Positions 25,552 to 39,500 of a stretch of 64,000 bases of DNA are shown here, one piece after another. Each line of letters starts with the position of its first letter. Position 1 is the stretch's first letter. The position numbers and the translations under genes are program-made. Under the pieces are notes generated by a model. The model was not told the DNA's origin. It saw nothing but the letters and a program-made list of their open reading frames with translations, and did not search any database. The DNA lies in assembly GCA_964016885.1 (NCBI GenBank), contig OZ024740.1:419492001-419556000 (forward strand). The letters run 5' to 3'. Source of the stretch: Eledone cirrhosa. Lineage: Eukaryota.

Positions 25552-25594
25552 AACGGCTGATGATAGCTAATAAGCTTGAAACTAGTACATCGTT
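25552..25594 (+). ncRNA. Minimal type I hammerhead ribozyme (inverted copy)
   Basis: aacgg CTGATGA t AGCT aata AGCT t GAAA CTAG TA catcgtt. Confidence 0.65.
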
Positions 25595-26199
25595 CTTGTG
25601 TCAGTGTTGAACAAAAAGGTGACGTGGTTGCCTAAACACTGTACGGTGTAATTCGAGCTGTTTGTTTGTTTACAAACAGCTCGAATTACGCCGTACAGTG
25701 TTTAGGCAACCACGTCACCTTTTTGTAAAACAAATTATAATAAATGTTCGGTAAACCGATACGTGCATATATATATGTGTGTATGTATATATATACATAC
25801 TACTGTACGTCTGTATATTCCTATGAAATTTTAATCATACCATTAGGTGTGAATAAGGAAATATTTTTTTTATTGTCAAAACAAATGTTCAAAAGTTAAA
25901 CTTCAATTTTTTTAATTATTTCCAATTTTTCATGAAATTGAACACTGGACATTGGCTGCTGGAAATGGAAATTAATTCGTATTTAATTGTATTTAAATTT
26001 CTAACCTTATTTTATTATTTATATTTTTTCAATAAGAAATAAAAAACAACAAAAAAAATTGAAGAAAAAAATTGAACAAATCAAACGTTGGTTATGGAAC
26101 TGCACAATCTGATTAATAAATTACCTCATCAGCAGCAACCTTCTTCAAATGGTCCTTATTATTAGCAGCAACAACCACAAATTCAATGGCAACCTTATT

Positions 26200-26450
26200 C
26201 GCATGGTGTCAAGTCAGAACCGCCTCGAACTGGCTACTTCTGGCTTGTGCAAGGTGTTTCTATAGCAACCAGCGATTCTCTCGGCCTCAGTGACCAAAGT
26301 CAGTGGAGAGGGGAAGGTAATGTTTCTCTCTCTCTCTCCATCCCCCTCTCGTAGTCTGTCTCTTTCTTTCACTCTCACTCTCTCTCTATGCACGTGTTTC
26401 CACTGTCGGACAGACAGACAGAGAAATTGCTGGTTATATATATAAGTAGA
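26200..26450 (-). mobile_element. Helitron-like 5' fragment
   Basis: Minus strand starts TCtacttatatatataacc followed by ctgtctgtctgtccg microsatellite, typical of non-autonomous Helitrons. Confidence 0.45.
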
Positions 26451-26451
26451 T

Positions 26452-26550
26452 GAAGGCGTGTGGCTGATTGGTTAGAGAACTGGATTCGCAATCGTGAGGT
26501 TGTCAGTTCGATTCCTGGACCGGGCAAGACACTTTATTTCATGTTGTTCT
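26452..26550 (+). mobile_element. SINE-B head (tRNA-derived)
   Basis: gaaggcgtgtggctgattggttag A-box, agttcgattcc B-box, gggcaagacactttatttc. Confidence 0.75.
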
Positions 26551-26639
26551 TTCTACCTGGTGTTGTGATAGATAGTATTAGCAATTGGAAAGACCAATGG
26601 AAACATTGTTTCCTTTGACGAAAGGCGATCGACAAATTT

Positions 26640-26763
26640 TTTATTTAGAATTTGAAGTTGGTGAAAATTGTCAAAATATTGACCCTGAATATAAGCTGAC
26701 CTCTTGTTTTACCATCGATTTTTGGTCACATATTCCTCAGCTTTTATTCTAGTATACATGGTA
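26640..26763. mobile_element. pogo/Tigger-like MITE end (unexpanded relative of 12138-13923)
   Basis: attgaccctgaatataagctgacc ... agtatacatggta. Confidence 0.6.
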
Positions 26764-27529
26764 GGTAGATTCTAAGATTATCCTTACAACTCATGAATAG
26801 AAATATTCTTTCTACTACCCAATTAACATGGTTTTAGAAACAAAAGAAACATAAATACCAAGGCTATGTCACATTTCTACTCTCTATCTCTTGCCTTCTT
26901 TTTTTAAAGACATATTTGAGAGATTTAATTAAAATAAGCAGATCATACAACTACATTGTGATTATGACTGTATTTCTGTGGCTTCCATGTCAACTTAAGT
27001 GTAAAATTTGCTTATCCTGTTCATCACAGTCCTTAATTTGTAAGAATACATTCCTTTCCTCCAGATGATAGTCATAGTATGGGATATATCTAACACAGTT
27101 GTTGATTTGTAAGAAAGCATCTCCCACCTCCAGATAATAGTCATTGTATGGGATGTACTAAATTAATCTATTTTATCATCTTTATCTGACCATGTGGATC
27201 ATTTACTTATTTCTTCTACCTTGAGTTTTAGTAATTCCATATATGCCCTTGCCTTGAAGAATTGGAATTTCAAATCAGAAAGTTAACAGGATTTTTACCA
27301 ATAATGATTACCTAAGATTGGTCACGGACTTGGAGATGGGACATAATGCAATAAACATTAACTAAGACTGGTCACAAGCTTGGAGATGGAACTTAATACA
27401 ATAAACATCATCTAAGACTTGTCATAATGCCAGTAGCCTCAATCTTCCCATCCACTTGGAAAATATTATTTAAAAAATGCAAAATAAATGTGTGAGTGCA
27501 TCAATTGGAAAATAACTTTTCATTAATAG

Positions 27530-30500
27530 CCAGTTATGTACACTGTATGGTTGGTTGTGAAGGTGAGTGGCTTAGTGGTTAGTGTCTCCCAGTTATGTAC
27601 ACTGTATGGTTGCTTGTGAAGGTGAGTGACTTAGTGGTTAGTGTCTCCCAGTTATGTACACTGTATGGTTGGTTGTGAAGGTGAGTGACTTAGTGGTTAG
27701 TGTCTCCCAGTTATGTACACTGTATGGTTGGTTGTGAAGGTGAGTGACTTAGTGGTTAGTGTCTCCCAGTTATGTACACTGTATGGCTGGTTGTGAAGGT
27801 GAGTGGCTTAGTGGTTAGTGTCTCCCAGTTATGTACACTGTATGGTTGGTTGTGAAGGTGAGTGGCTTCGGAGTTAGTGTCTCCCAGTTATGTACACTGT
27901 ATGGCTGGTTGTGAAGGTGAGTGGCTTAGTGGTTAGTGTCTCCCAGTTATGTACACTGTATGGTTGGTTGTGAAGGTGAGTGGCTTAGTGGTTAGTGTCT
28001 CCCAGTTATGTACACTGTATGGTTGGTTGTGAAGGTGAGTGGCTTAGTGGTTAGTGTCTCCCAGTTATGTACACTGTATGGTTGGTTGAGAAGGTGAGTG
28101 GCTTAGTGGTTAGTGTCTCCCAGTTATGTACACTGTATGGTTGGTTGTGAAGGTGAGTGGCTTAGTGGTTAGTGTCTCCCAGTTATGTACACTGTATGGT
28201 TGGTTGAGAAGGTGAGTGGCTTAGTGGTTAGTGTCTCCCAGTTATGTACACTGTATGGCTGGTTGTGAAGGTGAGTGGCTTAGTGGTTAGTGTCTCCCAG
28301 TTATGTACACTGTATGGTTGGTTATGAAGGTGATTGGCTTAGTGGTTAGTGTCTCCCAGTTATGTACATTGTATGGTTGGTTATGAAGGTTAGTGGTTAG
28401 TGTCTCCCAGTTATGTACACTGTATGGTTGGTTGTGAAGGTGAGTGGCTTAGGAGTTAGTGTCTCCCAGTTATGTACACTGTATGGTTGGTTGTGAAGGT
28501 GAGCGACTTAGTGGTTAGTGTCTCCCAGTTATGTACACTGTATGGTTGGTTGTGAAGGTGGGTGGCTTAGTGGTTAGTGTCTCCCAGTTATGTACACTGT
28601 ATGGTTGGTTGTGAAGGTGAGTGGCTTCGGAGTTAGTGTCTCCCAGTTATGTACACTGTATGGTTGGTTGTGAAGGTGAGTGGCTTAGTGGTTAGTGTCT
28701 CCCAGTTATGTACACTGTATGGTTGGTTGTGAAGGTGAGTGGCTTAGTGATTAGTTTCTCCCAGTTATGTACACTGTATGGTTGGTTGTGAAGGTGAGTG
28801 GCTTCGGAGTTAGTGTCTCCCTGTTATGTACACTGTATGGTTGGTTGTGAAGGTGAGTGGCTTAGTGGTTAGTGTCTCCCAGTTATGTACATTGTATGGT
28901 TGGTTATGAAGGTTAGTGGTTAGTGTCTCCCAGTTATGTATACTGTATGGTTGGTTGTGAAGGTGAGTGGCTTAGGAGTTAGTGTCTCCCAGTTATGTAC
29001 ACTGTATGGTTGGTTGTGAAGGTGAGTGGCTTAGTGATTAGTTTCTCCCAGTTATGTACACTGTATGGTTAGTTGTGAAGGTGAGTGGCTTAGGAGTTAG
29101 TGTCTCCCAGTTATGTACACTGTATGGTTGGTTGTGAAGGTGAGTGGCTTAGTGATTAGTTTCTCCCAGTTATGTACACTGTATGGTTGGTTGTGAAGGT
29201 GAGTGGCTTAGGGGTTAGTGTCTCCCAGTTATGTACACTGTATGGTTGGTTGTGAAGGTGAGTGGCTTAGTGATTAGTTTCTCCCAGTTATGTACACTGT
29301 ATGGTTAGTTGTGAAGGTGAGTGGCTTAGGAGTTAGTGTCTCCCAGTTATGTACACTGTATGGTTGGTTGTGAAGGTTAGTGGTTAGTGTCTCCTAGTTA
29401 TGTACACTGTATGGTTGGTTGTGAAGGTGAGTGGCTTAGTGATTAGTTTCTCCCAGTTATGTACACTGTATGGTTAGTTGTGAAGGTGAGTGGCTTAGGA
29501 GTTAGTGTCTCCCAGTTATGTACACTGTATGGTTGGTTGTGAAGGTGAGTGGCTTAGTGATTAGTTTCTCCCAGTTATGTACACTGTATGGTTGGTTGTG
29601 AAGGTGAGTGGCTTAGGGGTTAGTGTCTCCCAGTTATGTACACTGTATGGTTGGTTGTGAAGGTGAGTGGCTTAGTGGTTAGTGTCTCCCAGTTATGTAC
29701 ACTGTATGGCTGGTTGTGAAGGTGAGTGGCTTAGTGGTTAGTGTCTCCCAGTTATGTACACTGTATGGTTGGTTGTGAAGGTGAGCGACTTAGTGGTTAG
29801 TGTCTCCCAGTTATGTACACTGTATGGTTGGTTGTGAAGGTGAGTGGCTTAGTGGTTAGTGTCTCCCAGTTATGTACACTGTATGGTTGGTTGTGAAGGT
29901 GAGCGACTTAGTGGTTAGTGTCTCCCAGTTATGTACACTGTATGGTTGGTTGTGAAGGTGAGTGGCTTAGTGGTTAGTGTCTCCCAGTTATGTACACTGT
30001 ATGGTTGGTTGTGAAGGTGAGTGGCTTCGGAGTTAGTGTCTCCCAGTTATGTACACTGTATGGTTGGTTGTGAAGGTGAGTGGCTTAGTGGTTAGTGTCT
30101 CCCAGTTATGTACACTGTATGGCTGGTTGTGAAGGTGAGTGACTTAGTGGTTAGTGTCTCCCAGTTATGTACACTGTATGGCTGGTTGTGAAGGTGAGTG
30201 GCTTAGTGGTTAGTGTCTCCCAGTTATGTACACTGTATGGTTGGTTGTGAAGGTGAGTGGCTTCGGAGTTAGTGTCTCCCAGTTATGTACACTGTATGGC
30301 TGGTTGTGAAGGTGAGTGGCTTAGTGGTTAGTGTCTCCCAGTTATGTACACTGTATGGTTGGTTGTGAAGGTGAGTGGCTTAGTGGTTAGTGTCACCCAG
30401 TTATGTACACTGTATGGTTGGTTGAGAAGGTGAGTGGCTTAGTGGTTAGTGTCTCCCAGTTATGTACACTGTATGGTTGGTTGTGAAGGTGAGTGGCTTA

Positions 30501-33500
30501 GTGGTTAGTGTCTCCCAGTTATGTACACTGTATGGTTGGTTGAGAAGGTGAGTGGCTTAGTGGTTAGTGTCTCCCAGTTATGTACACTGTATGGTTGGTT
30601 GTGAAGGTGAGTGGCTTAGTGGTTAGTGTCTCCCAGTTATGTACACTGTATGGTTGGTTGTGAAGGTGAGTGGCTTAGTGGTTAGTGTCTCCCAGTTATG
30701 TACACTGTATGGTTGGTTATGAAGGTGATTGGCTTAGTGGTTAGTGTCTCCCAGTTATGTACATTGTATGGTTGGTTATGAAGGTTAGTGGTTAGTGTCT
30801 CCCAGTTATGTACACTGTATGGTTGGTTGTGAAGGTGAGTGGCTTAGGAGTTAGTGTCTCCCAGTTATGTACACTGTATGGTTGGTTGTGAAGGTGAGCG
30901 ACTTAGTGGTTAGTGTCTCCCAGTTATGTACACTGTATGGTTGGTTGTGAAGGTGAGTGGCTTAGTGGTTAGTGTCTCCCAGTTATGTACACTGTATGGT
31001 TGGTTGTGAAGGTGAGTGGTTAGTGTCTCCCAGTTATGTATACTGTATGGTTGGTTGTGAAGGTGAGTGGCTTAGGAGTTAGTGTCTCCCAGTTATGTAC
31101 ACTGTATAGTTGGTTGTGAAGGTGAGTGGCTTAGGGGTTAGTGTCTCCCAGTTATGTACACTGTATAGTTGGTTGTGAAGGTGAGTGGCTTAGTGGTTAG
31201 TGTCTCCCTGTTATGTACACTGTATGGTTGGTTGTGAAGGTGAGTGGCTTAGTGGTTAGTGTCTCCCAGTTATGTACACTGTATGGTTGGTTGTGAAGGT
31301 GAGTGGCTTAGGAGTTAGTGTCTCCCAGTTATGTACACTGTATGGTTGGTTGTGAAGGTGAGTGGCTTAGTGGTTAGTTTCTCCCAGTTATGTACACTGT
31401 ATGGTTAGTTGTGAAGGTGAGTGGCTTAGGAGTTAGTGTCTCCCAGTTATGTACACTGTATGGTTGGTTGTGAAGGTAAGTGGCTTAGTGATTAGTTTCT
31501 CCCAGTTATGTACACTGTATGGTTGGTTGTGAAGGTGAGTGGCTTAGGGGTTAGTGTCTCCCAGTTATGTACACTGTATGGTTGGTTGTGAAGGTGAGTG
31601 GCTTAGTGATTAGTTTCTCCCAGTTATGTACACTGTATGGTTAGTTGTGAAGGTGAGTGGCTTAGGAGTTAGTGTCTCCCAGTTATGTACACTGTATGGT
31701 TGGTTGTGAAGGTTAGTGGTTAGTGTCTCCCAGTTATGTACACTGTATGGTTGGTTGTGAATGTGAGTGGCTTAGTGGTTAGTGTCTCCCAGTTATGTAC
31801 ACTGTATCGTTGGTTGTGAAGGTGAGTGGCTTAGTGGTTAGTGTCTCCCAGTTATGTACACTGCATGGTTGGTTGTGAAGGTGAGTGGCTTAGTGGTTAG
31901 TGTATCCCTGTTATGTACACTGTATGGTTAGTTGTGAAGGTCAGTGGCTTAGTGGTTAGTGTCTCCCAGTTATGTACACTGTATGGTTGGTTGTGAAGGT
32001 GAGTGGCTTAGTGGTTAGTGTCTCCCAGTTATGTACACTGTATGGTTGGTTGTGAAGGTGAGTGGCTTAGGGGTTAGTGTCTCCCTGTTATGTACACTGT
32101 ATGGTTAGTTGTGAAAGTCCGTGGCTTATGGGTTAGTGTCTCCCACTTATGTACACTGTATGGTTGGTTGTGAAGGTGAGTGGCATAGGGGTTAGTGTCT
32201 CCCAGTTATGTACACTGTATAGTTGGTTGTGAAGGTGAGTGGCTTAGGGGTTAGTGTCTCCCAGTTACGTACACTGTATAGTTGGTTGTGAAGGTGAGTG
32301 GCTTAGGGGTTAGTGTCTCCCAGTTATGTACACTGTATAGTTGGTTGTGAAGGTGAGTGGCTTAGGGGTTAGTGTCTCCCAGTTACGTACACTGTATGGT
32401 TGGTTGTGAAGGTGAGTGGCTTAGTGATTAGTGTCTCCCAGTTATGTACACTGTATGGTTGGTTGTGAAGGTGAGTGGCTTAGTGGTTAGTGTCTCCCAG
32501 TTATGTACACTGTATGGTTGGTTGTGAAGGTGAGTGGCTTAGTGGTTAGTGTCTCCCAGTTATGTACACTGTATGGTTGGTTGTGAAGGTGAGTGGCTTA
32601 GTGGTTAGTGTCTCCCAGTTATGTACACTGTATGGTTGGTTGTGAAGGTGAGTGGCTTAGGGGTTAGTGTCTCCCTGTTATGTACACTGTATGGTTGGTT
32701 GTAAAGGTGAGTGGCTTAGTGGTTAGTGTCTCCCAGTTATGTACACTGTATGGTTGGTTGTGAAGGTGAGTGGCTTAGTGGTTAGTGTCTCCCAGTTATG
32801 TACACTGTACGGTTGGTTGTGAAGGTGAGTGGCTTAGGGGTAGTGTCTCCCAGTTATGTACACTGTATGGTTGGTTGTGAAGGTGAGTGGCTTAGGGGTT
32901 AGTGTCTCCCAGTTATGTACACTGCATGGTTGGTTGTGAAGGTGAGTGGCTTAGTGGTTAGTGTATCCCTGTTATGTACACTGTATGGTTGGTTGTGAAG
33001 GTGAGTGGCTTAGGGGTTAGTGTCTCCCAGTTATGTACACTGTATGGTTGGTTGTGAAGGTGAGTGGCTTAGGGGTTAGTGTCTCCCAGTTATGTACACT
33101 GTATGGTTGGTTGTGAAGGTGAGTGGCTTAGTGATTAGTGTCTCCCAGTTATGTACACTGTATGGTTAGTTGTGAAGGTGAGTGGCTTAGTGGTTAGTGT
33201 CTCCCAGTTATGTACACTGTATGGTTGGTTGTGAAGGTGAGTGGCTTAGTGATTAGTGTCTCCCAGTTATGTACACTGTATGGTTGGTTGTGAAGGTGAG
33301 TGGCTTAGTGGTTAGTGTCTCCCAGTTATGTACACTGTATGGTTAGTTGTGAAGGTTAGTGGCTTAGAGGTTAGTGTCTCCCAGTTATGTACACTGTATG
33401 GTTGGTTGTGAAGGTGAGTGGCTTAGGGGTTAGTGTCTCCCAGTTATGTACACTGTATGGTTAGTTGTGAAGGTTAGTGGCTTAGAGGTTAGTGTCTCCC

Positions 33501-36500
33501 AGTTATGTACACTGTATGGTTGGTTGTGAAGGTGAGTGGCTTAGTGGTTAGTGTCTCCCAGTTATGTACACTGTATGGTTGGTTGTGAAGGTGAGTGGCT
33601 TAGGGGTTAGTGTCTCCCAGTTATGTACACTGTATGGTTGGTTGTGAAGGTGAGTGGCTTAGGGGTTAGTGTCTCCCAGTTATGTACACTGTATGGTTAG
33701 TTGTGAAGGTGAGTGGCTTAGGGGTTAGTGTCTCCCAGTTATGTACACTGTATGGTTGGTTGTGAAGGTGAGTGGCTTAGGGGTTAGTGTCTCCCAGTTA
33801 TGTACACTGTATGGTTGGTTGTGAAGGTGAGTGGCTTAGAGGTTAGTGTCTCCCAGTTATGTACACTGTATGGTTAGTTGTGAAGGTGAGTGGCTTAGTG
33901 GTTAGTGTCTCCCAGTTATGTACACTGTATGGTTGGTTGTGAAGGTGAGTGGCTTAGTGGTTAGTGTCTCCCTGTTATGTACACTGTATGGTTGGTTGTG
34001 AAGGTGAGTGGCTTAGTGGTTAGTGTCTCCCAGTTATGTACACTGCATGGTTGGTTGTGAAGGTGAGTGGCTTAGTGGTTAGTGTATCCCTGTTATGTAC
34101 ACTGTATGGCTGGTTGTGAAGGTGAGTGGCTTAGTGGTTAGTGTCTCCCAGTTATGTACACTGTATGGTTGGTTGTGAAGGTGAGTGGCTTAGTGGTTAG
34201 TGTCTCCCAGTTATGTACATTGTATGGTTGGTTATGAAGGTTAGTGGTTAGTGTCTCCCAGTTATGTACACTGTATGGTTGGTTGTGAAGGTGAGTGGCT
34301 TAGGAGTTAGTGTCTCCCAGTTATGTACACTGTATGGTTGGTTGTGAAGGTGAGTGGCTTAGGAGTTAGTGTCTCCCAGTTATGTACACTGTATGGTTGG
34401 TTGTGAAGGTGGGTGGCTTAGTGGTTAGTGTCTCCCAGTTATGTACACTGTATGGTTGGTTGTGAAGGTGAGTGGCTTCGGAGTTAGTGTCTCCCAGTTA
34501 TGTACACTGTATGGTTGGTTGTGAAGGTGAGTGGCTTAGTGGTTAGTGTCTCCCAGTTATGTACACTGTATGGTTGGTTGTGAAGGTGAGTGGCTTAGTG
34601 GTTAGTGTCTCCCAGTTATGTACATTGTATGGTTGGTTATGAAGGTTAGTGGTTAGTGTCTCCCAGTTATGTACACTGTATGGTTGGTTGTGAAGGTGAG
34701 TGGCTTAGTGGTTAGTTTCTCCCAGTTATGTACACTGTATGGTTGGTTGTGAAAGTGAGTGGCTTAGTGGTTAGTTTCTCCCAGTTATGTACACTGTATG
34801 GTTGGTTGTGAAGGTGAGTGGCTTAGTGGTTAGTGTCTCCCAGTTATGTATACTGTATGGTTGGTTGTGAAGGTGAGTGGCTTAGTGATTAGTTTCTCCC
34901 AGTTATGTACACTGTATGGTTGGTTGTGAAGGTGAGTGGCTTAGTGATTAGTTTCTCCCAGTTATGTACACTGTATGGTTGGTTGTGAAGGTGAGTGGCT
35001 TAGGGGTTAGTGTCTCCCTGTTATGTACACTGTATGGTTGGTTGTGAAGGTGAGTGGCTTAGTGATTAGTTTCTCCCAGTTATGTACACTGTATGGTTAG
35101 TTGTGAAGGTGAGTGGCTTAGGAGTTAGTGTCTCCCAGTTATGTACACTGTATGGTTGGTTGTGAAGGTTAGTGGTTAGTGTCTCCCAGTTATGTACACT
35201 GTATGGTTGGTTGTGAAGGTGAGTGGCTTAGTGGTTAGTGTCTCCCAGTTATGTACACTGCATGGTTGGTTGTGAAGGTGAGTGGCTTAGTGGTTAGTGT
35301 ATCCCTGTTATGTACACTGTATGGTTAGTTGTGAAGGTCAGTGGCTTAGTGGTTAGTGTCTCCCAGTTATGTACACTGCATGGTTGGTTGTGAAGGTGAG
35401 TGGCTTAGTGGTTAGTGTATCCCTGTTATGTACACTGTATGGTTAGTTGTGAAGGTCAGTGGCTTAGTGGTTAGTGTCTCCCAGTTATGTACACTGTATG
35501 GTTGGTTGTGAAGGTGAGTGGCTTAGTGGTTAGTGTCTCCCAGTTATGTACACTGTATGGTTGGTTGTGAAGGTGAGTCGCTTAGTGATTAGTGTCTCCC
35601 AGTTCTGTACACTGTATGGTTAGTTGTGAAGGTGAGTGGCTTAGGGGTTAGTGTCTCCCTGTTATGTACACTGTATGGTTAGTTGTGAAGGTGCGTGGCT
35701 TAGGGGTTAGTGTCTCCCAGTTATGTACACTGTATGGTTGGTTGTGAAGGTGAGTGGCTTAGGGGTTAGTGTCTCCCTGTTATGTACACTGTATGGTTAG
35801 TTGTGAAGGTGCGTGGCTTAGGGGTTAGTGTCTCCCACTTATGTACACTGTATGGTTGGTTGTGAAGGTGAGTGGATTAGGGGTTAGTGTCTCCCAGTTA
35901 TGTACACTGTATGGTTGGTTGTGAAGGTGAGTGGCTTAGTGATTAGTGTCTCCCAGTTATGTACACTGTATGGTTAGTTGTGAAGGTGAGTGGCTTAGTG
36001 GTTAGTGTCTCCCAGTTATGTACACTGTATGGTTGGTTGTGAAGGTGAGTGGCTTAGTGATTAGTGTCTCCCAGTTATGTACACTGTATGGTTGGTTGTG
36101 AAGGTGAGTGGCTTAGTGGTTAGTGTCTCCCAGTTATGTACACTGTATGGTTAGTTGTGAACGTTAGTGGCTTAGAGGTTAGTGTCTCCCAGTTATGTAC
36201 ACTGTATGGTTGGTTGTGAAGGTGAGTGGCTTAGGGGTTAGTGTCTCCCAGTTATGTACACTGTATGGTTAGTTGTGAAGGTTAGTGGCTTAGAGGTTAG
36301 TGTCTCCCAGTTATGTACACTGTATGGTTGGTTGTGAAGGTGAGTGGCTTAGTGGTTAGTGTCTCCCAGTTATGTACACTGTATGGTTAGTTGTGAACGT
36401 TAGTGGCTTAGAGGTTAGTGTCTCCCAGTTATGTACACTGTATGGTTGGTTGTGAAGGTGAGTGGCTTAGGGGTTAGTGTCTCCCAGTTATGTACACTGT

Positions 36501-39500
36501 ATGGTTAGTTGTGAAGGTTAGTGGCTTAGAGGTTAGTGTCTCCCAGTTATGTACACTGTATGGTTGGTTGTGAAGGTGAGTGGCTTAGTGGTTAGTGTCT
36601 CCCAGTTATGTACACTGTATGGTTGGTTGTGAAGGTGAGTGGCTTAGGGGTTAGTGTCTCCCAGTTATGTACACTGTATGGTTGGTTGTGAAGGTGAGTG
36701 GCTTAGGGGTTAGTGTCTCCCAGTTATGTACACTGTATGGTTAGTTGTGAAGGTGAGTGGCTTAGGGGTTAGTGTCTCCCAGTTATGTACACTGTATGGT
36801 TGGTTGTGAAGGTGAGTGGCTTAGGGGTTAGTGTCTCCCAGTTATGTACACTGTATGGTTGGTTGTGAAGGTGAGTGGCTTAGAGGTTAGTGTCTCCCAG
36901 TTATGTACACTGTATGGTTAGTTGTGAAGGTGAGTGGCTTAGTGGTTAGTGTCTCCCAGTTATGTACACTGTATGGTTGGTTGTGAAGGTGAGTGGCTTA
37001 GTGGTTAGTGTCTCCCTGTTATGTACACTGTATGGTTGGTTGTGAAGGTGAGTGGCTTAGTGGTTAGTGTCTCCCAGTTATGTACACTGCATGGTTGGTT
37101 GTGAAGGTGAGTGGCTTAGTGGTTAGTGTATCCCTGTTATGTACACTGTATGGCTGGTTGTGAAGGTGAGTGGCTTAGTGGTTAGTGTCTCCCAGTTATG
37201 TACACTGTATGGTTGGTTGTGAAGGTGAGTGGCTTAGTGGTTAGTGTCTCCCAGTTATGTACATTGTATGGTTGGTTATGAAGGTTAGTGGTTAGTGTCT
37301 CCCAGTTATGTACACTGTATGGTTGGTTGTGAAGGTGAGTGGCTTAGGAGTTAGTGTCTCCCAGTTATGTACACTGTATGGTTGGTTGTGAAGGTGAGTG
37401 GCTTAGGAGTTAGTGTCTCCCAGTTATGTACACTGTATGGTTGGTTGTGAAGGTGGGTGGCTTAGTGGTTAGTGTCTCCCAGTTATGTACACTGTATGGT
37501 TGGTTGTGAAGGTGAGTGGCTTCGGAGTTAGTGTCTCCCAGTTATGTACACTGTATGGTTGGTTGTGAAGGTGAGTGGCTTAGTGGTTAGTGTCTCCCAG
37601 TTATGTACACTGTATGGTTGGTTGTGAAGGTGAGTGGCTTAGTGGTTAGTGTCTCCCAGTTATGTACATTGTATGGTTGGTTATGAAGGTTAGTGGTTAG
37701 TGTCTCCCAGTTATGTACACTGTATGGTTGGTTGTGAAGGTGAGTGGCTTAGTGGTTAGTTTCTCCCAGTTATGTACACTGTATGGTTGGTTGTGAAGGT
37801 GAGTGGCTTAGTGGTTAGTTTCTCCCAGTTATGTACACTGTATGGTTGGTTGTGAAGGTGAGTGGCTTAGTGGTTAGTGTCTCCCAGTTATGTATACTGT
37901 ATGGTTGGTTGTGAAGGTGAGTGGCTTAGTGATTAGTTTCTCCCAGTTATGTACACTGTATGGTTGGTTGTGAAGGTGAGTGGCTTAGTGATTAGTTTCT
38001 CCCAGTTATGTACACTGTATGGTTGGTTGTGAAGGTGAGTGGCTTAGGGGTTAGTGTCTCCCTGTTATGTACACTGTATGGTTGGTTGTGAAGGTGAGTG
38101 GCTTAGTGATTAGTTTCTCCCAGTTATGTACACTGTATGGTTGGTTGTGAAGGTGAGTGGCTTAGGGGTTAGTGTCTCCCTGTTATGTACACTGTATGGT
38201 TGGTTGTGAAGGTGAGTGGCTTAGTGATTAGTTTCTCCCAGTTATGTACACTGTATGGTTAGTTGTGAAGGTGAGTGGCTTAGGAGTTAGTGTCTCCCAG
38301 TTATGTACACTGTATGGTTGGTTGTGAAGGTTAGTGGTTAGTGTCTCCCAGTTATGTACACTGTATGGTTGGTTGTGAAGGTGAGTGGCTTAGTGGTTAG
38401 TGTCTCCCAGTTATGTACACTGCATGGTTGGTTGTGAAGGTGAGTGGCTTAGTGGTTAGTGTATCCCTGTTATGTACACTGTATGGTTAGTTGTGAAGGT
38501 CAGTGGCTTAGTGGTTAGTGTCTCCCAGTTATGTACACTGTATGGTTGGTTGTGAAGGTGAGTGGCTTAGTGGTTAGTGTCTCCCAGTTATGTACACTGT
38601 ATGGTTGGTTGTGAAGGTGAGTCGCTTAGTGATTAGTGTCTCCCAGTTCTGTACACTGTATGGTTAGTTGTGAAGGTGAGTGGCTTAGGGGTTAGTGTCT
38701 CCCTGTTATGTACACTGTATGGTTAGTTGTGAAGGTGCGTGGCTTAGGGGTTAGTGTCTCCCAGTTATGTACACTGTATGGTTGGTTGTGAAGGTGAGTG
38801 GCTTAGGGGTTAGTGTCTCCCTGTTATGTACACTGTATGGTTAGTTGTGAAGGTGCGTGGCTTAGGGGTTAGTGTCTCCCACTTATGTACACTGTATGGT
38901 TGGTTGTGAAGGTGAGTGGCATAGGGGTTAGTGTCTCCCAGTTATGTACACTGTATGGTTAGTTGTGAAGGTGAGTGGCATAGGGGTTAGTGTCTCCCAG
39001 TTATGTACACTGTATAGTTGGTTGTGAAGGTGAGTGGCTTAGGGGTTAGTGTCTCCCTGTTATGTACACTGTATGGTTGGTTGTGAAGGTGAGTGGCTTA
39101 GTGGTTAGTGTCTCCCAGTTATGTACACTGTATGGTTGGTTGTGAAGGTGAGTGGCTTAGTGGTTAGTGTCTCCCAGTTATGTACACTGTATGGTTGGTT
39201 GTGAAGGTGAGTGGCTTAGTGGTTAGTGTCTCCCAGTTATGTACACTGTATGGTTGGTTGTGAAGGTGAGTGGCTTAGTGGTTAGTGTCTCCCAGTTATG
39301 TACACTGTATGGTTGGTTGTGAAGGTGAGTGGCTTAGGGGTTAGTGTCTCCCTGTTATGTACACTGTATGGTTGGTTGTGAAGGTGAGTGGCTTAGTGGT
39401 TAGTGTCTCCCAGTTATGTACACTGTATGGTTGGTTGTGAAGGTGAGTGGCTTAGGGGTTAGTGTCTCCCAGTTATGTACACTGTATGGTTGGTTGTGAA

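Larger units (their letters stand above)
25380..25726. mobile_element. Penelope-like inverted pLTR structure (110-bp arms, 66-bp spacer, third partial arm)
   Basis: 25380-25489 is the near-perfect reverse complement of 25556-25665; 25672-25726 repeats the arm start again; each full arm carries a hammerhead. Confidence 0.7.

Noticed and set aside
27038-27425. Short degenerate duplications (2 x about 69 bp, 3 x about 49 bp)
   Set aside because: Old local tandem duplications with no further structure
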